Of a stretch of 64,000 nt of DNA, positions 1 through 12,689 are shown piece by piece (positions within the stretch are counted from its first letter, which is position 1; each line of letters starts with the position of its first letter). The position numbers were made by a program, and so were the translations under genes. The DNA is from Scyliorhinus canicula. Its lineage: Eukaryota. Below the pieces are notes generated by a model. It was not told the origin of the DNA, did no database searches, and worked only from the letters and a program-made list of their open reading frames with translations. The stretch spans positions 7,426,744 to 7,490,743 of the forward strand of contig NC_052170.1 in the NCBI RefSeq assembly GCF_902713615.1, read 5' to 3'.

Positions 1-72
1 TGCTTTATGACAGTTGTGGAAGCTGAGAGTATAGAGCCCTTCCTCTTCTACAGACAGAATCTTTACAAAGAA
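1..72 (-). CDS. GPR108: GPR108 exon 8, partial (FFVKILSVEEEGLYTLSFHNCHKA...)
   Basis: ttctttgcag acceptor after an 88-nt intron; EEGLYxLxFHNC family motif; runs off the window. Confidence 0.9.
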
Positions 73-160
73 CTGCAAAGAAGAATTAAAAAGGAATTAA
101 ATAATGGTAACATAGATAAACACAAGGGGCTATTAAATTTGGGGAATGAAAGATTCTTAC

Positions 161-229
161 ATTGAAGGTGTAGCTGCCATTCATAAATTGCAGTTCAAAA
201 ACTTCCTCGCTCTTTTCGGTTTTCTTATC
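161..229 (-). CDS. GPR108: GPR108 exon 7 (DKKTEKSEEVFELQFMNGSYTFN)
   Basis: ttttcacag|GAT ... AAT|gtaaga; NGSYTFN resembles GPR108 NNSYNFS. Confidence 0.87.
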
Positions 230-1616
230 CTGTGAAAATAGGTTTGATACCAAATATTAGCAAGCACTTGCCGGAACATCCAGACAGCTAACAGGGCCAT
301 CATTCACGAGTTTTCCATCGAAGCAAATCATCAGGAAACAAAAGGGTGTCAGCGCCACATCCGACTGAAATACCCAAGACCTCAGACCACAGAATAGGAA
401 GGAAATCCACTCAGTAGGTTTTAGAAACTTGCACTTGATAAGCAGACAACTGATGATCTGATATTTATCACAGTGCTGTTTGTATGATCTTGCCCTTGTG
501 TAACTCGAGCTGCTGTGCTTCCCTACGTAATGCAGTGAATACTCTTCAAGACGTATTTTATCGCTAACAAATGTGCTTTGTAAGTCCTGAGGTTATGAAA
601 GGCGCTGTATAAATGCAAATTAATCCGCATCGTCAATTGAGAAAAATAAATATTCGTTAACAGAAGAAGAGCATTCGACCTAGTGTTAGCTTCCCAATAA
701 TAACTCATGAACAATTCCAATCGCTTCTCTCCTCTGAGTGGCAATGGATTACGCTGTACAGTGACATACAGATCAGGTGCCTTGTTGCTCCCAATCTAAT
801 TAGCACTTCCCTATCTTGCTCGGGCTCCTACTCTTTTCAAATGTCCCAATATTACAAAGGGGAAATAAAAGGACAGAAGAATGTAGCACCTCCACAATCT
901 CTAGGAATGATTACGCGCATGTGGACACACCTACGGAGCAAGACTGGCCACTGTCACGTTATGGGCCAATTGGCCCCCTTCGGTGCATTTCTAGACATAT
1001 AGACATTTCTATATCCATGACTTCCTGTGACCTAACACTTCCACAGAGATGAAACTTGCCCACCCAATTAATTCACCCTCAAATAACTCTCCAGGATAAA
1101 TGGCACCGTTGCACATTCACTGCGACAGTTCCCAGCTCTGAGGAGACTGAAGTACCTGAAATGCGACCAAGCCTGGAGGCTGGAAATGGGACTTGATGAT
1201 CCTGTGATCCTCTGTGACTCCACGTTTCTATGCCGTGCCTCGTTGTTCTTACGTTCTCAAGACACAAACAGCCATATTTTCCAGTTCCATTTGATAAAAC
1301 ACCTACCGTCTACTTTTCTCAATGACAACTCACAATATCCTTTCCTTTCATTGCCAGCTCCCAGACACCCACAAACAGCCATCATAAAGAGAACTACATA
1401 ACTAACCATTGAGAGCCCAAGACCCTCTTGAAGACATTAACCGCACTTATTCATTCACAATAAAAATCAGGATCCCAGTACTACGCCTAGATGCTACGGT
1501 ACCACAGTAACCATGTCTATCCCGTCATTTGTTGCATCACACAACAACCATTTTCACTCCTAAAGTGGAATTTTAAGCTAAACATTCGATTCACTGACCA
1601 CACTGCACAGACTAAC

Positions 1617-1705
1617 CTCTTTAACGGTCTTCACTTTTCCTTTTGCCGCATCTTTGTCTTTATTTTTGGTTTCAGCCTCTTCTCTTTTCCTCCTGGTCTT
1701 TAAAG
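1617..1705 (-). CDS. GPR108: GPR108 exon 6 (ALKTRRKREEAETKNKDKDAAKGKVKTVKE)
   Basis: ttttgtcag|CT ... GAG|gttagt; phase 1-0 keeps the frame between exons 5 and 7. Confidence 0.8.
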
Positions 1706-3024
1706 CTGACAAAATAGAATTTCAACGTGAAGGCATGTCCCTTCACCGAGTTGACAAGGAGCACAGAAAAGTTTGGTCTGAGTGGCAACTTTGATCAGAT
1801 GCCACAATATGAGCAAGTGAGACAAAAGCGAATGACTGGCTGCAAGTGCATAACGTAATACACGAGTTAGCTTGCTTTTTCAAATCACTGGTCGTTTTTC
1901 AGTTAACAACTAATCCCCACCCCCCAAAAAGTGATGATAGGAAATGTAACAAAATCACACAATAAAAACACCAAATTGAAAGTAATTCACTTTGAGATGA
2001 TTTGAAAACATGATGAGGCTGGATATAAATTCAAGCCCTTCAAGCACCCACCAAGTCCCAAAGATTCATGGTGATTGTATTGGCATCAGCCTGGCTCCAC
2101 AGTGGTACGCTCAGTCATCTCAGAATCATTTATAGGCACAGGTCCCACGCCAGAGCCTTCAATGCTACTCGCAATAGGTCTCGTTCCTCTATCACCCCTG
2201 TGCCCACTTACCTACACTGGCACCCGGGCATGCAATGGTTTAATTTTAAAACTCTCATCCTGGTTTTCAAATCCCTCCTTGGTCTTTCTCCTCCCGATCT
2301 GCAAAATCTCCTCTAGCCCCACAACCCGGTGACGTACACGCTCCTCCAATTCTGGCCTCTTGTGCTTGCCCAATTTTAATTGATCTGCCATTGGTGGTGG
2401 TGCTTTCAGTTGCCTAGACCTAGGCCACAACCTCTGGAAAACCCTCCTACACCTCTCTGCTGTCGACCTCACTTTACTCCTTTAAGACACTACCTCTTTG
2501 TCTAAGCTTTTGAACACAACACCTCATATCTCCTACGTGGCTCGCGGCAGTCCTGTTTCACCGTGCTCCTGTGAAGCACTTACAGATGTTTCATTGTGTT
2601 AAAGGTGCCATATAATTTGCTGTAGCCTGGGCCGACAACACTCAGTGCAACACAGAAGGAGTGTGAGACTGCCGGAGGTGCATTCTTGGGTAAGAACCAT
2701 TAAACCATGGCCCTGTCTGCTGTCAGCGGTGGACATAATAGATCCCATGGAACAGTTCAAAAAGGAGGAAGGAAGATCGCTCAATGCCTTGGCCAAAATA
2801 TATCCCTCGACCAACATCAGCAAAATCAATTATCTGGTCACATCTCCTTGCTGTTTGTGGGACCTTAGTTACAAATGGCTGCTGCATTTCCCTGAGCATC
2901 TATAAAATGTTTTGGGATATCTTCAAATCATGAATGGCAGTGTAGAAATGGGAACTCTTTCTCTCTCTTTACACCAGCCATAGTAAAGAATTAGCATCTC
3001 TAATCAAGTCATCCAATGAACTAC

Positions 3025-3140
3025 CTGGCTGCTTGGCTTCTTTCTTCACATTTTCTACATCCTGGGTTTCAGATTTCTTTTGATGACCTGGCCCCAATAT
3101 CAACAGCTTTTTCTGTTGACCATGTTTCTTCATAAAAACC
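3025..3140 (-). CDS. GPR108: GPR108 exon 5 (VFMKKHGQQKKLLILGPGHQKKSETQDVENVKKEAKQP)
   Basis: cag|G ... G|gtagtt, phase 2-1; resembles GPR108 VQVRKYGEQKTLFI rather than GPR107 (from memory). Confidence 0.85.
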
Positions 3141-3871
3141 CTGTTGACATAAGATTTCAACATTTAATTTTCAGCCCGATTAATAGTGACACTCAACATC
3201 TTTCCCCACTGGGGAAGAAGCAAACTGCAGTGAGACTTCTAAAGGTCACTACACTGGGCTTTAATGTCAAAGGAGGAGATGGGTCACTGAAAAAAAAATG
3301 AAGGGGGCGAGGTTGGTAGAGATGGTTCGCCAATTAGCATGGCTGACTTTGGGTCAATGTCTTTCTGTACAGGAATGACGTCAGCCCGTTGCTCTGATCT
3401 ACTGTCGGTGCACAGACTGATAAGCATCAGAGTGTACTGGCTTTGTGAGAGCTAAAGAAAACTGTGGCAAGGGAGAGGTCATGTTCTTTGGGAACTGAGC
3501 CAACGGATCCTTATCCTTTAGCGTTTTAGCATTTTATGGTTCACAGAGGTCGGCACAGGTGCTGAAAAGTGAAAGCAGGTAGCCAAGGTGAATCAAAACA
3601 AACTACGCATGCTGGAATGAAGCTCTCTCTCCATTGCGGATGAGAAGCTGGTCATCGGGTGAGAGGAGCTCTTTGGGTTTCCCTGCGTGGCACAGGCCTG
3701 GTTCATACCGGATCCGGTGTCTTGGTGGTCACCCGAATCATCGGCCATTTTATCCGGAGATCAGAAACACACAATGTTCATGCCGAAATGCCACACAAAT
3801 CTCTAGATGGGGCGGGGCGGGGGGGGGGGGGGGGGGGGGGTTGTGTTTCCAACACCAAGGTTTTTTAAAAT

Positions 3872-4090
3872 AAATTTAGTGTACCCAATTAATTTTTTTC
3901 CCAATTAAGGGGGAATTTAGTGTGTTCAATCCACCTAGCCTGCACATCTTTGGGTTGTGGGGGCGAAACCCACGCAAACACGGGGAGAATGTGCAAACTC
4001 CACACGGACAGTGACCCAGAGCCGGGATCGAACCTGGGACCTCAGCGCCGTGAGGCAACAGGGCTAACCCACTGCGCCACCGTGCTGCCC
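3872..4090 (-). mobile_element. tRNA-derived V-SINE (HE1-like), short subfamily
   Basis: A/B-box head (TGGCGCAGTGG...GGTTCGATCCC), V-domain TGGAGTTTGCACATTCTCCCCGTG. Confidence 0.9.
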
Positions 4091-4685
4091 CCAGCACCAA
4101 GTTAAAAGCTTCGACCTCATGTCTATTTTTGTTTTAGCTATAGTAAAGAATAAATTAAATCAATTTATTCTTAATGGCTTTTCTAAACCCAAAATAGGTG
4201 AACATTGCTGAAATTTAAAAACATACAAGCTCAGCGAAATCGGCTAACAGAATCTCTGGACTTCATTTCCTTCCTCAAAGAGGCATCAGTGCGTTTCCTC
4301 AGACGTCACTCTGACCAGCACGTCCCCCAGTCAATTCACGTCTCACATGCTCAGATTAGGCTGAAAGGTACAACACTACCTCAGGACCTTTCAGGCGAAT
4401 TCCGGAAGCCCCCGCTTAGCTGCCTCTGTGCCAGGAGAAGGGTCAGTGCTGTCAGAATGAGGCACGTGGGTACCTTTACATTTTCCAATACAGTGACCAG
4501 ACCACGTGCTAACTTAGGTTTTCTAAGATGGAAGTCCAGGAAGTGACCTTGCTTCCAGAAGAAGTCAAATTTTTAGCACCAGAACTATTCAAAACAGTTA
4601 CAAGGCGCAACCCAAGTTGCCAGAGTACAGAAAATAACTCCTCCCCACATAATACAGCCAATTTTCTGCAAAAGGCAATACTTAC

Positions 4686-4777
4686 TTCCTCTGTTTCAGA
4701 TCAAAGTTAAAGAGTGTAAGGGATTCCCCGGAGGTAGTGTTGTACCTCTCCAGCAAACATGTGTTGGACTCATCTAC
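4686..4777 (-). CDS. GPR108: GPR108 exon 4 (VDESNTCLLERYNTTSGESLTLFNFDLKQR)
   Basis: tag|GTA ... AA|gtaagt; conserved lumenal Cys; phase 0-2 fits the next exon. Confidence 0.82.
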
Positions 4778-5354
4778 CTATGTCAGAAACATAAATCTCG
4801 TCGTCACTCGAGATGGAGACACAAGCTGCAAAAAGAATTTCAATTAGCATCATGACTGCAGAACACATCCTCAGCATCGCCAAGGAAGGTTACAGTTTCA
4901 GATCGGACCTCTTCTCAGAACTGGAGACTCTGACCAGAAACAGCAGCACCCCACTCAGTGCACCAAGTGGCAGAAGCGAAAAACTGAATTTGTATAGTAC
5001 GTGCAAAGCCCTTAAACGAGGGGAAAGAACGGATGCCGGAAGATGGGAAACAAAGGACAGTGGAACAGGTGACTTTAGAAGGCTTGTGGTGATGAAGAGA
5101 TTTAACAGACTGGTATGGTGTCAGCCATGGGAAGTACTTGTTCTTCTGAGTCAGAAAGCTGTGGGAAGTTGTCATTTTAAGTCCAAGCCAGACATGAATA
5201 CTTTGCTTCACAGAATGGCATATATTTGTTTCCTACCAACAAACCCAGTGTCCCAGCAGTCTCTATGCTCTTTTCCAAAGAATTCCGACATTGCAGGAGG
5301 CCATTCAGCCCATCGAATCTGCACTGACCCTCCAAAAGTGCATCCTACCTAGGC

Positions 5355-5577
5355 CCAACCTAACCCTTCAGCCCTAACTAACCTTTTGGACACTAAGGGG
5401 CAATTTAGCATGGCCAATCCACCTAACCTGCACATCTTTGGGCTGTGGGAGGAAACCGGAGCACCCGGAGGAAACCCACGCAGACACAGAGAGAATGTGA
5501 AAACACCACACAGACAGTGACCCAAGCTGGAATCGAACCCGGGTCCCTGCTGCTGTGAGGCAGCAGTGCTAACCATT
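5355..5577 (-). mobile_element. V-SINE (HE1-like), long subfamily
   Basis: Same head and V-domain, with GGGTTTCCTCCGGGTGCTCCGGTTTCCTCCC. Confidence 0.9.
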
Positions 5578-5836
5578 GGTAAAATAGACTAATCAAATTA
5601 TCTAATTAAATTAATGATAGCCTCTAAAAGAGGCATTGTAACAAAGACAAAATCTTAAAGGAATCAAATCAAAATGTTGAATAAATCACCATGCATGCTC
5701 CAAGTACTTAATTAAACAATGTTCTTCCCTTGTTAATTTTAACAATATAATTAACATACCACTGACACAAATCACACTCCGATTTGAGCACAAATTCGCA
5801 GCTAACAAAGAGCATTCTTCCTTTAATCATACTCAC

Positions 5837-5887
5837 TGTATAGGCAGCCACACCATCAGTCTTTGTTTTTGCGAGGCTGAACCCAAT
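5837..5887 (-). CDS. GPR108: GPR108 exon 3 (IGFSLAKTKTDGVAAYT)
   Basis: cag|ATT ... ACA|gtgagt, 51 nt, phase 0-0; (I/V)GFSL motif of GPR107/108. Confidence 0.9.
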
Positions 5888-8054
5888 CTGGTCCACAGAT
5901 TATGTGAGAGAAGGAATGAGAAAACACACAATAGCAAAGTTATAAACGTTCTAAAACAGCTACCATATAAACACAGACTACAAAAACCTAATGCAAATTC
6001 CCACAAGTAGCCACAGCAGATTCAATGCCTCAGAACTATGCAGTGTGTAACAATGTCCTGCAGGGCAAGAGCTGTGGGGCTCTGGCCTATTTCTGCACAC
6101 CATCAATGTAAACAGCAACACTGATGGATCCTGTTGAAATAGGGAAAGGGATTACCTGGTGGGCGGAGGTAGTGAAGCCTGGCCATCTTGGCTATTTTCT
6201 TGATGGATTCTTTCACTTGCATCATGTTTTGTCTTATTTCTCCTTCCATTAAAGCTGGCTCACCGTTCTGTCTTTCTTACCTTGTTCTCTTCAGTTTCTG
6301 TGCCCTGCCATCATCACCCTGCCACTCTGCTCCCACACCTATAGAGTACTGAACTTGCCAGGCCGTTGCTCTTTATTTCCCCTTCTGTGGTCCTTACTCA
6401 TCCAGGTCAGTCTCACTACAATAATGTCAAACCCCTGCAGGCCTGAAGTCTAGCAAAAGGCTACGTACAGCGTTAACCAATCTTCCTTCCCAAGTTGGGA
6501 TGGTTGTGGGCTCTGTTCTCGTTTCAGAGGCTGGAGCAGAAAGGAATATGCCAACACCTCGGTGCAGGACTGAGGGAGTGTTCCTCTCCAAGAGACGCTG
6601 CCATTGGGTGAGAGGTTAAACCGAGGCCCCACCGGCCCACTCAATGGACGTAAATGATTCCATGCCGCTATATCAACAGAAAGAAGAGTTCTATAGCGCT
6701 TCTCATTATCAGCGGGCATCTCAAAGTGCTTTACAGCCAATGGATTACTTTTGAAATGTAGTCACTGTTGTAATGTAGGAAACACAGCAGCCAAATTGTG
6801 CACAGTAAGTTCCCTTAAAGAACAATGTGATCACGATAAAGGCAAGTGTGTTTCAAAGAAAAGCAGGTGTGTTGTCCCTCGTGTTCCGGCCAATAGTTAT
6901 CTCTCAGCCAACATTACTAAGAACAGATTAACAAGTTTTAATTCATTGCTGTTTCTGGGAGCTGCTGTGTTCAAACTGGCCACTGCAATTCCTATGCACC
7001 AGTGAATCACTTCAGAAGTACTTCACTGGCCGTTAATAACTTTGGACCTCCCCCAATCGAAATCACAAAAAGTGCCAACTCCTCATTTCTAGGCTATAGT
7101 TCAGATTCAAGACATTTGACGTGTTGTCTCCTCCATCTGCTGTCGCCTGTCTCTGTTCAACTACAAGTGGCATCGGTGCCCACTCACCCACCACCGATCC
7201 CCCCTATCCCCACACCGCATCCTACCTGCCTTCTCACCCACTCTCCTCCTCCACCCTTCCCTCAGAGGACAGCTCCCTTTACTGTACAGCTCACATGGAG
7301 CAACACAATGTTTGGGGGAAGGGGATGAGAAGGGGCTGGAACTAGAGGGTGGAAAAGCACACTCAAGCTGAGTGAAAGGAAACGCAACAACCTTACACTC
7401 TGCCTCTTGAATTACCCAACTCAATGGTGCCAAAGTCCAACTTGCATATCTATCTGGCCTGCAGAGTCTCAATGAATCATACCTTCATGGTCCATTCTTC
7501 AGAGAAAGCATGATCAATGATTTGAGGGAGCATGGACTGAGTGATAATTATTAAATTTATGTACTGCCTTTGTGGCTGATGCTTCTTGTAATTCTGGCTC
7601 AGAGGGCTGCAAGGGACACAACTGGGTGACCCAGCAGGGCAAAGGTTTGAATGCTCCCGGCCCACCCCAGAAGCCAGTTGAGTCAATGGGATCACAGGGG
7701 TAGACTGTAATGTTTGAAACAAGATTTCTGTCCCCAAGCCATCTCAATTCATCAGCTTTACAAAGCAGAAAATGAAACGAGGGGGCTTTCGGTTTCCAGT
7801 TCTGGGGTGTGGTGGGTATAAATACAGCCTCAGTTACAGTCCTGAGCACACTGCTCAGAAACGTCCTGCATTTGGCCCCCAGTTTGCTGTAAACTCGTCG
7901 ATCTCCAACTGATGGAGGAAATATAAAATTACACTTCCCATTTCCAACCACAATTATTCAGTGACTCCTCGGCACATTTTCAGACAGCATCATCAAGGAA
8001 TTCAATATCCCATTCCATTCTAATGTGCTGGCCTCATTATAGGTAAGAAATGAC

Positions 8055-8272
8055 GGCAGCATGGTGAAGCAGTGGTTAGCATTGGTGCCTCACGGCACCG
8101 AGGTCCCAGGTTCGATCCCGGCTCTGGGTCACTGTCCGTGTGGAGTTTGCACATTCTCCCCGTGTTTGCGTGGGTTTCGCCCCACAACCCAAAGATGTGC
8201 AGGGTAGGTGGATTGGCCACGCTAAATTGCCCTTTAATTGGAAAGAAAATGAATTAGGTATTCTAAATTTAT
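8055..8272 (+). mobile_element. V-SINE, short subfamily
   Basis: Homologous to the other copies. Confidence 0.9.
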
Positions 8273-8715
8273 ATATTTTTTTAAATTGAAAGAAAAAGAT
8301 AAGAAATGGATATTTGGGGGAAGGCACAGAAGCTTAACTTTACACCTTCTGAAGATGCTGAATCAAGTCATGGATGAGAAAATATCAGCCATGATTGAAT
8401 GGCGGAGCAGACTCGATGGACCAAGTGGCCTAATTCTGCTGCTATGTCTTATGGTCTAAAATTGTTTCACAGGATGAGCGGCATCGCTAGCTAGGCCAGC
8501 ATTTGCTGCCCATCCACGATTGCCCTTGAGGTAGAGCCATTCATGGAACTGTCCGCCGGCAGCGGAATAGGGGCGGAGGAAAAGACTTTGTAGGTATAGA
8601 GAGAATTTCAAACCAAGCACTTGTGCGGCATTCCAATAAGCTGGGCCATCATCATCATCGTACAACGTTGAAAAACTTTATAACCCACAACGCATTACAC
8701 CCAAACACCATTCAC

Positions 8716-8832
8716 CATTATCTTGTCCAAGGCGACATCCGTCTTCAACTTAAGACTTGTGAGGTTGACCTCCAATGTTCCATTGGGGTAGAAGCCAAAG
8801 GTATTCAAATGGACTCTCGATCTCGTGTCGCC
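8716..8832 (-). CDS. GPR108: GPR108 exon 2 (GDTRSRVHLNTFGFYPNGTLEVNLTSLKLKTDVALDKIM)
   Basis: ttttag-type acceptor and ATG|GTGAAT donor; matches the family motif LN(S/T)FGFYxNGxLEV. Confidence 0.9.
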
Positions 8833-9224
8833 CTAAAGCAAGTAAAAATGATGTTAATCCAGAGAAATATGCCATACAGGTCACAACTATTTTAAGCTGG
8901 GATCCCATCGCCCAAGCGTCTCAGTCGGCAAGAGAACAAATAAATCTGTAAAGCCATTTCCACAAATACCCAAATGTGGAGCCCCGTCAGGAATGAGTTT
9001 AGAAGAATAAGGCTCGATTTCAATTAAATGTAATTTTAAAATTCTTAAGGGGTTTCACAGAATGGATGCTGAGGAGCCCTTTTCCCTGGATGGAGAAGCT
9101 GGAATCTGAGTGTTTCAGAACAATTTAGGACTGAGACGAGGAGAAATTATTTTGCTTCGAGGTTGTGAATCTTCACAACAATACTCCAGAGAGCTGTTGT
9201 TAGGTATCTTATTTTTAAAATATA

Positions 9225-9413
9225 TAAATTGAGAGTACCCAATTCTTTTTTTTTCCAATTAAGGGGCAATTTAGCGTGGCCAATTCACCTACCCTGCACA
9301 TCTTTTTGGGTTGTGGGGCTGAGTCCCAAGCAGACACGGGGAGAATGTGCAAATTCCACACGGACAGTGACCCAGGGCCAGGATCGAACCCAGGTCCTCG
9401 GCACCGTGCTGCC
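9225..9413 (-). mobile_element. V-SINE inserted into a CR1 3' fragment (~8985-9580)
   Basis: Homologous to the other copies; CR1-like sequence on both sides. Confidence 0.85.
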
Positions 9414-11631
9414 CAATTGTTATGTATCATAAAAGCTAAGACCGATAGATGTTTTGGCACGAGGTCAATCAAGGGATATGGGAATAGGGCAGGAAAATGG
9501 GTTCAGAATAGAGTACGAGCCACAATCTTATTGAGTGGTGGAGCAGGTGCATGGGTCTGTATGGCCTGCTCCTTTTTCTCCAAGTTCTGTCAGGTTTCTG
9601 TACATATTGACTTAATAGGACATTATTTCTGTTGCCATTACTGTTTATTAGGCACATCTTCAATGAGGATAGCAGAGCATAAAACATTTCTTTCAGGCTG
9701 TGGTTCCCAGGAGCGGGTGAACATTTGCAGAAAATCCCCCACACAGTAAAGTTTGAAAAGCCCTGCTATATTACAGAGTTTTACAGCATAGAAACAAACT
9801 AACACAATAAATAGGTTCTTCTATCAAGTCACATGACCCTCACGCTGGGGTTACCACATCAAGACAAAAGAAGTGCTTGAACAAGAGCCAAGATTGGGAT
9901 TACATCTGGGATAAACAACAACAGGCATTCATCTAGCACCCTTAACGTTGTAAAAGTTATTCAGCTGTAGCAGCACCAAATTTTACAGCAAACTGCACCA
10001 GGAGATATGGGCCTGGATTTTGCTGTACTATTAAAGGAGAGGCTTTTCAGTGCTTGCCATTATTGGAGGGGAAATCAGACAGACTTCCCACACCCACATT
10101 TGTGCGGATAAAAACTCAAATCCAGAGTTTGCTATCAGAGATACCCTGCCCTCCACAAGGTGCGCAGCTCCAGTCCTCTCTGCTAGACATGATGTTGAAG
10201 TGAAGGTTATGGTGTGAACTTAGGTACGAACCCATTAGTCCCGCACTAAAAATGTCTGGAAAAATTGGAATTGTTGCTTTCAGTAACAAGTGGGTTTTTA
10301 AATGGCATATCAAGTGATAATTAATACTGAACAACTTCTGTGACCCTGTAAAGTTGTTTTTAACAAGTGTGTCTAGTCTCCTCATCTCAAGAAATGTTTG
10401 CTGTTTCTTCTTTCTCTGTCCCTTAATTCCATTTTTTAGTTCCCTTTCTGCACATGATTTTAATATAATTTATATTCTCTGCTTTATACTTCCTGTCTAG
10501 GAATCTGCATGTCTCAAGTGAGGATTCTCCAACCTGGTTGGATTGATAGCCTTGCTATTCCTTGTCCTGCTCACAGCTGACCGCAGTTGGTGTTGCACTG
10601 GATAAAACACAATAGTAGCGGGCAAATTTTCAGGAGCTTCTTAAACGAGATGAGAAAGGTGGGAGGTGGAGGAGAGAATTCCATAACTTGTAGTCAAGGC
10701 ACCTGAAGGGACAGCCCTGACTGGTGAAGCTACATTTATTTATTTAGTAAATACAATGTCCGAAGCCAAACCGTTTCTTCTGGTCCTGCTGTGTTGAGTG
10801 TGGATCGGCCTCTGCAGAATAGGACATTGTTCTGTGATGTGTTCATAGTTCACTCTCTCCCATAGGAGACTAATGTGACATCTGTGGAGATTGGCGAAGC
10901 GGGGGAGGGGGGGGGGGGGGGCATTCCTAAACCTTCTAAAGTGTGGAATACTCTTTCCTTGGAAGGTTGAAACCAGGCGGGTATCTGATTGGTCGAGGTG
11001 GAATTTGCGTTGGAAGTTCTGTGTGGGAGTGCTTCTTCCACAATGGTCTTCTTAATGGGAGTTGTACATTGGGCTGAATAGATTGTGGTGTGTGTGTGGC
11101 GGTGTGAGTTAATCTTGACCAAACAGGGGTGTAGCTATCGGCTACATCGACAGCTCGAGTTCTGAGGTTTGGAGTGTAGTGGTAGCAGCACCCCATATTG
11201 AGCCAGCTAGTTTGGCAGTCACATTGTTTTTACACTGGACTTTGGATGCAGTTGTCAGTGTCATATCCGAGGTCACTCCTAAATCAAGGGGTTGGGAGTT
11301 GCATTAACTTGTAGCCATTCATATGGATGTTAAGCTCATTATTGGTTTCTGCACTGTATTTTTTTTTGATAAGTTTAGAGTACCCAATTCTTTTCTTTCC
11401 ACTTTAAGTGGCAATTTAGCATGGCCAATTCACCTAGCCTGCACATCTTTTTGGGTTGTGGAGGTGAGACACCCGCAGATATGGGGAGAATGGGCAAACT
11501 CCACACTGACAGTGACCCGGGGCAACAAGGGGATTTTCACAGTAACTTCATTGCAGTGTTAATGCAAACCTATTTGTGACATGGATAAAGATTATTATTA
11601 TTGGTATCCAGGTTTGCCTGGGGAAGCTCAT

Positions 11632-11908
11632 AATCCTACCCGCAGGCAGAATCCTACCCGCAGGCAGAATCCTACCCGCAGGCAGAATCCTACCCGCAGG
11701 CAGAATCCTGCCCGCAGGCAGAATCCTGCCCGCAGGCAGAATCCTGCCCGCAGACAGAATCCTGCCCGCAGACAGAATCCTGCCCGCAGACAGAATCCTG
11801 CCCGCAGACAGAATCCTGCCCGCAGGCAGAATCCTGCCCGCAGGCAGAATCCTGCCCGCAGGCAGAATCCTACCCGCAGGCAGAATCCTACCCGCAGGCA
11901 GAATCCTG
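11632..11908. repeat. 18-bp minisatellite (ATCCTGCCCGCAGGCAGA) x15, quasi-palindromic, in GPR108 intron 1
   Basis: Directly visible tandem units with two G>A variants. Confidence 0.97.
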
Positions 11909-12536
11909 ATGGCGGGAAACACAGGAGCAACGAGGAAGCTCTCAGGATGGTGGAGGAGTGAATATAATGCAACGAGGCTGGACTGTCTGAATTCTAAGGC
12001 ACGAGACGTTGCTGAAGGAGGCGACTGAAGGATCATGAGACCAAGGGCAGGAAAAAAGATTGATGATTTCAAAAACTTAATTGAAAAAAAAAAACAAATC
12101 GAAGAAGAAATCGCAAGACCACGCGAGTGGGTGAACTGGGGCAGAGGCCATGCTCTTGGGTGGAACACCATCACCCACTGCCATTTAAAGTCCTGATGAT
12201 AGTCCTGCAGACTGTGATTTCGGATACAGGTGACATGGCAGATTTGCCACCTGGTGAGTGCAGAGGAGTGGGCGCATCATGTCCCAGGATGTTTGCTCTT
12301 CCCTCCACCCTCCTCACGCTGCCCCAAAATTAGAGATGGGCAGACTTGAGGGCCCCTCTGAAGAAGGGGGGGGGGGGGGGGGGGGGGGGGCACCTTTCAC
12401 CAAGGCTGGGGAAACACCTTGAGCCCCAGGGCACCACCACAGTGGGCCAAAGGAGAGGCCTCCGGGGCCAGCAAGGGAAAGCCTCCAGCCGCACTAACAC
12501 CCGTCTGGGTTGGCACTACCGCAGCGGGACGCTTAC

Positions 12537-12629
12537 CTTCAGGGCAAGGCGGTGGAAGCGGGCGCCGGCCCCGATCACCAGCGACAGCAACAGGAGCAAA
12601 ATCTGGGCTGCTCTCCCTGCCATCATCAT
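12537..12629 (-). CDS. GPR108: GPR108 coding exon 1 (signal peptide; MMMAGRAAQILLLLLSLVIGAGARFHRLALK)
   Basis: ATG in a CpG island, hydrophobic signal peptide, RFHRLALK resembling GPR107/108 R(I/V)HxLAL, donor AAG|GTAAGC, phase 0. Confidence 0.88.
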
Positions 12630-12689
12630 CACCTCCTCCTCCTCCTCCAGCACCACAACCGGAAGGGGAAGTGAGAGGAGGCGGACCAC

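Noticed and set aside
3810-3840. Long poly-G/poly-C runs here and at ~10905, 12366, 32166, 36164, 51276 and 59875
   Set aside because: Simple homopolymers of unreliable length, with no further supportable meaning.
4813-5352. 179-aa plus-strand ORF
   Set aside because: Antisense within a GPR108 intron, runs into repeat fragments, and has no recognisable domain.
6150-6450. Purine-rich minus-strand segment with GTAAG/GTAAT donors resembling an extra GPR108 exon
   Set aside because: Exons 2 and 3 already join in frame and match the family; the segment looks like a decayed LINE endonuclease remnant.
11548-12174. (ILPAGR)n ORFs on both strands, and a possible CRISPR-like array
   Set aside because: Contiguous tandem units with no spacers in vertebrate intronic DNA; no coding evidence.
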